Source: Rebecca billardiae RCC1528 (Eukaryota; Protista; Haptophyta). Taken from it: DNA of 17,303 bases. The DNA lies in contig CBDEKP020000002.1 of assembly GCA_965240325.2 (NCBI GenBank), positions 1 to 17,303 of the forward strand. The letters are read 5' to 3'. Below, in pieces: positions 1 through 8,014 of the stretch (position 1 is the first letter of the stretch; the number at the start of each line of letters is the position of its first letter). Made by a program: the position numbers and the translations under genes. The notes under the pieces were generated by a model. That model was not told the DNA's origin and did no database searches. It saw nothing but the letters and a program-made list of their open reading frames with translations.

Positions 1-1440
1 TGAGCGGGCGGTCAGGCTTGGCACTGGCAGGGCGTGTGCAGCAACGCTGTGCGCCCGCGTGTCTGGCGAGCATGTCGCGCCACCGCCCCTGGTCCCTGCG
101 GTGCCTACATTTCGGTCAGGGCCGTCACGAGGCCGATCTCCGTCGGAAGGGTGCCAGAAAAGGAGTTGAACTGCAGGTAGCTGCGCAGGGAGCGGCGTTC
201 GAGCGCGCATTGACGACGCGAGCGGGCGGTCAGACTCGACAGAGCGTGTGCAGCAAGGTGTGTGCCAGCATGGTTGGCGCGCATGTCGTGCCACCGCCCC
301 TGGCCCCAGCCGCGCGTACAAATCGATCAGGGCCGTCATGAGGCCGATCTCAGTCGGCAGGGTGCCAGTAAAGGAGTTGAGATCCATAGTCCTGCGCAGC
401 GTGTGGCGTTCGAGTGCGAGCGGACGGTCAGGCTCGGCAGGGCGTGCGCAGCAGCGCTGTGCGCCAGCGTGGCTGGCGAGCATGTCGTGCCACTGCTCCT
501 GGCCCCGGCAGCGCATACATTCGGATTAAAGCCGTCACGAGGCCGATCTCCGTCGGCAGGGCGCCCGAGAAGGAGTTGGAATTCACGTAGCTGCGCAGCG
601 AGTGGCGTTCGAGCGGGTGGCACGTGAGCGGGCGGTCAGGCTTGGCAGGGCGTGTGCAGCAACGCTGTGCGCCCGCGTGTCTGGCGAGCATGTCGCGCCA
701 CCGCCCATGGTCCCTGCAGTGCCTACATTTCGGTCAGGGCCGTCACGAGGCCAATCTCCGTCGGCAAGGTGCCCAAAAAGAAGTTGTTACGCACCGATCT
801 GTGCAGCAAGTGGCGTTCGAGCGCGAGCAGACGGTCAGACTTGGTGGGGTGTGCGTCGAGTTGTGCGCCCGCGTGGCTGGCGAGCATGTCGCGCCACCGC
901 TCCTGGCCCCGGCCGCGCGTACATTCGGACTATCGCCGTCAAGAGGCCGATCTCCGTCGGAAGGGTGCCCGAGAAGGAGTTGGAATACTGCCGCCTGCGC
1001 AGCGAGTGGCGTTTGAGCGCATTGCCGACGCGAGCGGGCGGTCAGGCTCGGCAGGGCGTGCGCAGCAAGGTGTGTGCCAGCATGGTTGGCGAGCATGTCG
1101 CGCCACCCCCCGTGGCCCCTGCAGTAGTGCAGTGCCTACATTTCGGTCAGGGCCGTCACGAGGCCAATCTCAGTCGGCAGGGTGCCATTGAAGGAGTTGA
1201 GGCCCATATCCCTGCGCAGCGTGGGGCGTTTGAGCGCATTGCCGACGCGAGCGGGTGGTCAGACTCGGCAGGGCGTGCACAGCAAGGTGTGCGCCCGCGT
1301 GGCTGGCGAGCATGTCGCGCCACCGCTCCCGGCCCCGGCCGTGCGTACATTCCGACTATGGCCGTCAAGAGGCCGATCTCCGTCGGAAGGGTGCCAGTGA
1401 AGGAGTTGTCGACCATATTCCTGCGCAGCGAGCGGCATTC
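1..1440 (-). repeat. Tandem exon+intron repeat (~196-217 bp period): seven 72-nt LRR exons with mutually homologous introns of 124-145 nt
   Basis: Shared intronic blocks (+ strand gcgttcgagcg, cggtcag(g/a)ct(c/t)ggcagggcgtg, gcgagcatgtcg(c/t)gccac) recur in near-identical form in the introns. Intron 1-108 is nearly identical to 626-726. Confidence 0.92.
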
Positions 1441-2093
1441 GGAGCGCAGTGCGCAGGCAGCCCCAAGCAAGGACGGGCGAGCCGCGTTAGCGCATGTCCC
1501 TGAAGCTCCTCTCCTCTGAGCTGCCTGCCTGGCGTCCGGCTCATGGCAACCACACGACTGTGCACACGGGCACGCGGCGCGTGGCTCGTAGGCACGCGCG
1601 CTGCGCCATGCGCGTACAGTGCAGTGAGGGCGAAGAGCGTGCCGATGGCGGAAGGGATCGTGCCCGAGTAGCCAGCCAAACTCACCTGCGCACACGGCAC
1701 ACGCGCCGCGCCGCCGCGCGCCGCGCGTCGCACGTCAGACAGGCGCGGCAGACACCGCGACAACAGGCTGCGTGCGACAGGAGGAGGGCGACCGTGCTAG
1801 CGCGTCATCGCGCATCGCAGCAGCGCATGGTGACCGTCGTTGCATGCCTGTGCTGCATGGCCGCTCGCCGGAGCGCGCCATGAGCCAAGGTTGGCCACGC
1901 CGTCGCTGTGGGCGCGGGGGCCTCGCGCCGTGACACGCACATCGATGCTGGTGCACGACGCCGGGTCGGCGATGCAGTCCGTGTACTCGGTGCTGGTTTC
2001 GAAAGTGCTGCTGCCAGCAGCGCCCGAGACCAACAGAAACATCACGAGCGCGACACCCGCGGCATGGCGCAGGCGGGTCGGCACGTTGAGCAT
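1..2093 (-). CDS. Secreted/cell-surface leucine-rich repeat protein (24-aa plant-type LRRs), multi-exon, 3' end beyond window start. Exons in transcript order: 2093-1941, 1685-1618, 1420-1349, 1211-1140, 994-923, 798-727, 590-519, 391-320, 180-109
   Basis: Manual splicing at GT..AG sites gives one open frame: MLNVPTRLRHAAGVALVMFLLVSGAAGSSTFETSTEYTDCIADPASCTSID|VSLAGYSGTIPSAIGTLFALTAL|NMVDNSFTGTLPTEIGLLTAIVGM|DMGLNSFNGTLPTEIGLVTALTEM|RQYSNSFSGTLPTEIGLLTAIVRI|SVRNNFFLGTLPTEIGLVTALTEI|YVNSNSFSGALPTEIGLVTALIRM|TMDLNSFTGTLPTEIGLMTALIDF|YLQFNSFSGTLPTEIGLVTALTE.... The ATG is in context caccATG, followed by a hydrophobic signal-peptide-like stretch and a C-x6-C N-cap. Repeats match LxxLxLxxNxF(S/T)GxLPxEIG. 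Acceptors are tgcgcag/tgcacag; donors are gtac/gtag/gtat/gtgc. Domains C-terminal to the LRRs are not visible. Confidence 0.9.
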
Positions 2094-2456
2094 GGTGCGC
2101 GTCCCTTTCCGAGCTCGAAGCGAGGTGGTAGCCCCAGCGAGTCGGATCCCCAACCAATCCCTGCCCTGCCCAAGGCGCGCGCCGTGGGCGGCGGTGTCAG
2201 ATAAATACGAAGATTGCATGCGCCTCGCGCGCGAACATAAGGTTGCTTTAGGTAAAGCAACCGCCATATGGTCCTTTGGTCGCGGCGGGGGAAGGTGAGA
2301 AGACTCTAAATGCATGATGTTGATCATGATGCCCACCAGCACTGCGTCAGCGGGGCAAGGGCGTAAGCTGGGGTGGGGGCGAACCTTCGATCGCACACGT
2401 GATGAACACGTCGTAAGCACGTACCATAGAGGCTCGTCGCTTTGACGAAAATGATA

Positions 2457-3050
2457 CAGGTGGATACGGGTCAACTGGACACCGGGGCTAACTGGACACT
2501 CAGCGGGCGGCGGGCCTCGTGGCGAGGGCTCGTGGGCGAACGAGCACGAGCGCCCACTGGCGGGTCGCCACGACGGCGCACGATGTTTGCTGAACTCACC
2601 TGGTCGTGGAACGTCGTCTGCGCACGCGCCAGGTCGCGCTTCTCGCCGCCTTCGCCTTGTTTCATGAGTCCCGCGCACAAGGCCGAACGCCAGCGTTTCA
2701 AGCCGCAAGGCGCGTGCGCGGACTCAGGAAGGGCGGACTCCGAGGCAAGGCGCGGTTGCGCTGGCGTGGGTAGGTCCCAGAGCAACCGTCCGAGCCGATG
2801 CACACGCTTTTCCTCCGCGCGCGCGTCTCTGAGCTCGATTCCCATGCCTCAGCCAGTGCCAGGGGCTAATTGGACAGTGCCATTGCGGCCGCCACGCGCG
2901 GAGACGGGCCCGCAGCGCAGAAAGCGCGCTGCGGCGGAACTCCAGGGCCCCCCTGAAGTCCGTCCCTGGCGCCCCTTCGACCCCAATGCTCCGAGAGAGG
3001 CCTCCGCGTGAGTTGGGTCGGCCACTGTCCAGTTGACCCGTATCCACCTG
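2457..3050. mobile_element. Non-autonomous Tc1/mariner-type MITE, 594 bp, 25-bp perfect TIRs, TA target-site duplication
   Basis: The left TIR CAGGTGGATACGGGTCAACTGGACA (2457-2481) is the exact reverse complement of 3026-3050. TA lies at 2455-2456 and 3051-3052. Internal copies of the TIR core GGGGCTAA(C/T)TGGACA occur at ~2484-2498 and ~2862-2876. No transposase ORF is present. Confidence 0.88.
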
Positions 3051-3149
3051 TATATTGACGACGATGATGAAGTCAACAATCATCAGCCAATCAGACCAGA
3101 GTGTCGTCTTCATCGTTATTACTCGCCTGCCTGAGCTGTGTGCGTCTCT

Positions 3150-3313
3150 TATTCTTACAGTTTATTTGTTTTAACGTGCGTAAGGCTCACGGTGGCAGGT
3201 TGCCGCGCCATCCTTCATCGCACGCTCTCCGAAGAGAGACCTGGAAACTGGGGGTTTGAACCCATGACCTCAGACGCAAGAGCACGCCAGTACTCCCACT
3301 CGGCCACAGTAGT
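3150..3313 (-). ncRNA. Degenerate tRNA-derived sequence (SINE-like head or tRNA pseudogene) with Pol III A and B boxes
   Basis: On the minus strand there is an A box TGGCCGAGTGG (3306-3296) and a B box GGTTCAAACCC (3262-3252) at tRNA-like spacing. These are followed by a CTCTC-TTCG-GAGAG hairpin (~3237-3224) and an A-rich tail (~3173-3150). Acceptor, T and anticodon stems are imperfect, so it is not called a functional tRNA. Confidence 0.5.
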
Positions 3314-4281
3314 AAACTGTATACAGTCTTCAGTATTTCATTCGGTGATGAGTGTTTGTGCGTCGTACCATCGTACCATCAGTAGCGGAACTGAACTGCT
3401 GTACAGTTTACTACATACAAGAATTCAGAATACTGTGAGAGAGACGCACACTGTCACTGTCGAGTGTCGGCACACGTAAGGGGGGGTGCGAGCACTGCCC
3501 CGAGACGTGCTGAACGTGCCTATGAGGGAGGCGCCTGACATGGAATGGCGCTGCGCGCTCTCTCGCGGCTGCTCAGCTATACACTTTGCCTGCGCGGGCG
3601 CCTCCACGGCCGAGCGCGCGCCCCCAAGCACCTCCAGGGCTGCTGCGCGGGTAACTTGGCTGCTGCGCCGAGGCCAGCGCACAGTAAGGTGATCCGCCAA
3701 CCTGCATCGCCCACGCCGGTCAGCGGCGTGGGCGCAGACTGCTCGGCGCGCCCGGCGATCGATCTGCTCGGGCCAGCTGCTCGCACACCTTTCGGGCAAG
3801 GCGCGCGACGCGCACGGGCTGGTCGTCTGCGGCAGGAGACGGTGCGCGCGAAGTGTGAGTGAGCGCGCCATGTTGCGCTGCGGCGCTCAGAACGTGCGCG
3901 CGCGTACTTGTCACAGCCACGCGCGAGAGAGGGCTCGGGGGCGGGGAGAAAGAGTGTGGCATGTGGCTCCTCTCGCGAGCCATGAGCCACCACGCTCGTC
4001 AGCATCAAGTCAGACCTCTCGCGTGCGAGCGTGCACAGGTGCGTTCGAACACACGCGTTCGCGCGAGCGCGCAAGCGCGTGGCACCACAAGTTGGAGCGC
4101 GTGAGTCGCTGCACAGCGTAGCTGCTGCGTAGTGCATCCACGGCGCGCAGTACTGTACGCGGTCTCGTGTGCTAGCGCCGTTCCAGGGCGGGGCCGGCAT
4201 GGCGCTTGGCGGCGAACGGAGCCAGCAGCCCCGCGGCGGCACAGCCCCGGGAGCGCTCGCGCCAGTGGCGCCACCGAGAAA

Positions 4282-4374
4282 ACGGTCTCCAGCAGAGACC
4301 GTCTTTGGCGGCTGGCGGCCAGAGACCGTCTCTGGGCCGGGCTCCCCAGAGACGGTCTCCAGCAGAGACCGTCT
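4282..4374. repeat. Cluster of palindromic/direct repeats of GAGACCGT/ACGGTCTC
   Basis: A 23-bp direct repeat ACGGTCTCCAGCAGAGACCGTCT occurs at 4282-4304 and 4352-4374, each copy an 8-bp stem with a 5-nt loop. GAGACCGTCTCTGGG (4322-4336) is a 15-bp inverted repeat of CCCAGAGACGGTCTC (4345-4359). Confidence 0.85.
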
Positions 4375-4779
4375 GTAAATACGTAAGGGGCTCGCACCCC
4401 GATTGAGCAGGCGGGCGCAGGCCCATTGGGTGCTGCGGCAGGCGCGTGCCGCGGGCCCGGGCAGGCCGTCGCAGTGCAGGAAGTGGTCCCAGAGCTCTGC
4501 AGAGCGCGCCTGCGGCGCAATGACTGGCCTTCATAGCAGTAGTCTTCATCACCCATCCGCCACCTCATGATATCCGCCTAAGCGGGGGGCATCGCGCCGA
4601 GCGCACCGCGCGTGACTCGTGTCGGCGCGGCCGACCGTGACGTCTACCTACGGACTGCTCCGGGACGCTCGTCACTCCCGACTGGGACTCGGCCGCCGAC
4701 TGCACGAGCGGCACCCTGCCTAGGGCTGTCGGCGCGTCGCTGCTCGCGACGCGCCTACTCCGAAGCAGACGCCCCACGT

Positions 4780-4930
4780 TGGCCCGCAAATTTGCGGCGC
4801 GTGCGCGCTTGAGCAGCATGAGCTCTGGCGTGTGGCGGTACTCGACGTACAGCACGCCGTCCGCGCCCGCGTCCACCGCGCCGAAGCCGCCATTGCCGCC
4901 GCCGCACGCAGCGTCGACGAACAGCACGCG
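4780..4930 (-). pseudogene. Possible SAM-dependent methyltransferase fragment (motif I-like)
   Basis: Within ORF 4565..5224(-), RVLFVDAACGGGNGGFGAVDAGADGVLYVEY follows the beta1-D-x-x-C-G-x-G / helix / AG / beta2-acidic pattern of class I methyltransferases. The flanking translation is not recognisable. Confidence 0.35.
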
Positions 4931-5504
4931 CTCGTACTGACGCTGCGGGTCCACCTCCGAGCGCGCGGCGCGCACCCAGCACGCGACGACGGGCGGCGGG
5001 ATGCCAGCCAGACAGCCAGGCGGCCGGCTGCGCTCGGCGAGCGCCCGTCGCTGCTCACCACTAACTAAAAACTCTGCCCTGGCGGGCGGGGGGGTCGGCG
5101 GGCCGTGCCAGTGCTGTCGCAATATTTCCCCAGCGGGTTCGTGCCTTTTATTTAGCGGTTTCATGACGGGCAGGATGACGAATAACAATCCGACACACAG
5201 ATGATGGTGAGCTACCTGACTCACTGACGAATAATAACGCGACAGATGACTCTGATGATCTCACCGACAGTGTGATTGCGCGTGTATTCGTGCACCCACT
5301 GCGCTACTCGTCATCGTGCCGAGCCGTCGACTGCGCGCACGCACTGCCAACTGATTGGCGTGCGACGGCGGCTTGCTTGTGACGCCTGACGGTGACGGTT
5401 CAATGTCACGGCCGCCACGCTGTGCAACAACGCGTCCAGGTCCAAGCGCTCGTCGGCGCTCGCCGCTTCGCGCGACAGGTCCGGCACCCGCACGTTCGGC
5501 GGTA

Positions 5505-5870
5505 TCAGGAGCTGTCGGCGGTGCGCGCGCGCGCAGTGCGAGAGCGTGTGCCACTCGCGATCGAGGCAGTGGGCACGCGCTGCTCGAGCAGGCACAGGAA
5601 GCGCAGCGCATGTGCCACTGGCTTCACGACGTCGGCCTCGTCCCGCAGCGCTCGTGCCATGGACAAGGATGGCGCGGCGATCTTGCACGCGCGACGTTTC
5701 ATCTCGTCGCGGATGCGCACCTGGGATCGCTTATAGCGCGTTGTCGCCTCAGTCGCCGACTCGCGAAGACGCGATTCCGGCCACGGCGGCAGAACCGGCA
5801 GGTGCGTGCGGTGCGCCTCGTACGCCGCTTCGCGCTGCGCCTCCGTCGCATTGGTCACCGTCGACGCCAT
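5505..5870 (-). CDS. Hypothetical protein or exon fragment (MASTVTNATEAQREAAYEAHRTHLPVLPPWPE...), function unknown
   Basis: This is the ATG-started 3' portion of ORF 5505..6338(-), with protein-like composition and mostly G/C-ending codons. No domain is recognised. Confidence 0.22.
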   Translation of the reverse strand: MASTVTNATEAQREAAYEAHRTHLPVLPPWPESRLRESATEATTRYKRSQVRIRDEMKRRACKIAAPSLSMARALRDEADVVKPVAHALRFLCLLEQRVPTASIASGTRSRTARARTADSS

Positions 5871-6900
5871 GCAGGCCGGACGTGGGCTTCGGCTGAGGGA
5901 CCGCGAGCGACGACTGAGTCCGGTGCGCGGATTCCGGTAATCCGGTATGGTGTTCAGAAGGCCGCGCCAAAGCTTGCGTCGCGTGCGATGGCGCTTCCCG
6001 CCCGCGAGACGCCTCGTGATGAGGGCCGTTCCGCACCGAGCCCGACGCGCGACGGTGAATCGAGCGAAGCGGTCATCGTGCGCAGCGCTTGATGCTATGG
6101 CCGGTGCGAGCGTTCGACGTGCACGTCCGGCGAGGATCGCCCCAGGTCGCACGATCGTGTCGACGCGCCGAGCGTATCGCTCCAAACGCGTCGATTTAGC
6201 CCCCGTTCGACCTGCACGCAAGACGACGAGGGCAGCAATCGCGAATCGGGCGAAACCCCGTCTAGGGAGTCCTCTCACAATGTCCGCGCCGGCGTTGGAT
6301 TTGGCGCGCGCGGCCCATGCGCTCCGCGCCATGGCCAAGATGGTTTTCGGCCGAGCGTCCCCAGTGGGAGCTGCGAGGGCGCCCGGTAGTGAGCGAAGCG
6401 ACCCGGCAGTGAGCGAGGCGATTTTCTTTTCTTTGCGAGGCGATTTTCTTTTTTCATTTTCTTTTTCTTATCTTTTTCCCGGGCACTACAAGGGGCGGAC
6501 CTACGGCCCGCCATAAGAATCTCGCCGCCTGCAGCTGAGCTGTGAAGCGTCTCTTGTTCTACCAGTATGGGGGTACTATATCTATCATTAGCAAACTACT
6601 GTCGATCGTACCAGCAGCTGAGGTGAATAGTCTAGCTCCTAAATCTAAGTCTAAGACGGAGATCACATCAGCGACCAAGGTCCGCGCCCCGCCCCGGCCC
6701 GTCCCGCGTACCCCGGGACTCCGGCGCGCCCGTCATCAGAGTTCAGAGTGATCAGGCCGCCAGTGTTGCCAACTGCGCAGGAGCTGCCGTCCACGGGCAC
6801 GAGTTGAGTCCGCGTTGCCACATAGCAGCAATCCAGCATCAGCATGCTGACGACGACCGATCTAGGGCTCCCAGCTGCACCGCCATTGCACAGGGGTGAA

Positions 6901-7884
6901 TCAGCTCAGCCCCAGCGTCGCGTGGATGTCCGCAAGATAGCGCTCGCGCTCCGCGCCGCTGGCGGAGCGCAGGAGCAGCGTCAGGTCGTTTACGCCCTTG
7001 AGCGGCCCAGACTCGAACCGCAGCCGCTCCAGCACGGCCTTCGGAAAGAGCGGGGTGAAGAGCTTGACGAGGGCTCCGAGAAGTCGTGGCAGGTTGAGGA
7101 GGATGGTCGGCCCGGAGGTCGCCGGGTACAGATCGGCGGTGGCCTTGGACGCGGCGGAGAGCGCGGCGCGAAAGTCAGCGGCGCCAAACAGGTTGATCCC
7201 GGTGAGGTCGTTGGCCGTCACCACGCACACCAGCCGCCCCGTCTGCCGCGTGCGCTCGTTCGCAACGACAGCGTTGACCTCCTTGGCGTACACGAAGAAC
7301 TCCGCCAGCTCGGAGCTCGACACCTGCTCCATCAGACCGACGTCGTCGATGGCGGACGCACGGATCGTGTAGATGAGGTACGAGCCGTCCTTGGACGGAA
7401 TGGTCTGCACCTGCGCCGCACCAATGTACGGACGCACGCGCTCGGCGTGCGGCGCGCGCGACACGACGGCCTCGTTGTCCCACGCGCCTCCGGCTGTGGC
7501 GGCACTGATCGCGTCGGCGGCCGCGCGCACGATGGCGCGGCCCTCCCCGGCTCGCCAAGCGAGGACGTTGCGCAAGCTCGCCTCGGCCACCCCCACATCG
7601 GGCTCATCAAGCACGAAGCGCAGCGTCCACACCTCATCGCATCCGCCGGCCTCATCGGCGGCACGTGCGTCAGCCGTGCGCGCGAGCAGCTCGTCCAGCG
7701 CGGGCCGGTGCTTGGCCATGAGCTCAGTGACAGGCGCCCCAATCGGCGGCACGGCGGCGGCCATGTCAACGTTGCTGCGCGCCACGGCACTCCTCGTCGG
7801 GAGCGCCCCGCGCGCGCTCGCGAAGCGCGCCCCGTGCATGCTCGCCGCGGAAAGACTCATGGTGGTCAAGAAGAGGGCGGCCAT
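6901..7884 (-). CDS. Sec14-like CRAL-TRIO lipid-binding domain protein, intronless, 327 aa, probable signal + organelle (plastid) transit presequence
   Basis: It contains a CRAL_TRIO_N-like DEVWTLRFVL...AEASLRNVLAWR and a Sec14-like VVTANDLTGINL...YPATSGPTILLNLPRLLGALVKLFTPLFPKAVLERLRF. Codons show strong G/C third-position bias. The first ATG is at 7884 (the ORF track begins at an upstream GTG, 7908) and TGA is at 6903-6901. The N-terminus MAALFLTTMSLSAAS is followed by an A/R/S-rich, acid-free stretch. Confidence 0.9.
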   Translation of the reverse strand: MAALFLTTMSLSAASMHGARFASARGALPTRSAVARSNVDMAAAVPPIGAPVTELMAKHRPALDELLARTADARAADEAGGCDEVWTLRFVLDEPDVGVAEASLRNVLAWRAGEGRAIVRAAADAISAATAGGAWDNEAVVSRAPHAERVRPYIGAAQVQTIPSKDGSYLIYTIRASAIDDVGLMEQVSSSELAEFFVYAKEVNAVVANERTRQTGRLVCVVTANDLTGINLFGAADFRAALSAASKATADLYPATSGPTILLNLPRLLGALVKLFTPLFPKAVLERLRFESGPLKGVNDLTLLLRSASGAERERYLADIHATLGLS

Positions 7885-8014
7885 TTCGCAGCTGCAAGCA
7901 GGCCCCACCCGGTCGCGCGGACGAACGAGTCGGTGTGACGGTCGGCGACGGTCCCGGTGACGCGCAAATCACGATGGCACGGCGCGCGGCTGAAGGGACC
8001 GAGGCGACCGGAGC

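Noticed and set aside
1-1440. CRISPR-like repeat/spacer appearance
   Set aside because: The period is ~200 bp, the repeats are degenerate and the units are explained by spliceosomal LRR exons and introns. No cas genes are present and the context is eukaryotic.
18-1883. Plus-strand ORFs up to 305 aa containing repeated RPISVGRVP
   Set aside because: Antisense shadows of the LRR exons (GTLPTEIGL).
1797-2708. 303-aa minus-strand ORF as a single CDS
   Set aside because: Only 2093-1941 is credible coding sequence. The rest reads through the MITE, upstream DNA and intron 1.
3240-3313. Functional tRNA gene
   Set aside because: A and B boxes are present, but the acceptor and T stems do not pair properly and no clean 7-nt anticodon loop is found.
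4282-4374. Synthetic Golden Gate (BsaI GGTCTC) cloning scar
   Set aside because: No vector or marker sequence lies nearby, and the repeats extend beyond the 6-bp site in a natural-looking palindrome array.
6844-7960. 364-aa and 195-aa plus-strand ORFs
   Set aside because: Antisense to the Sec14/CRAL-TRIO CDS; typical of GC-rich coding DNA.
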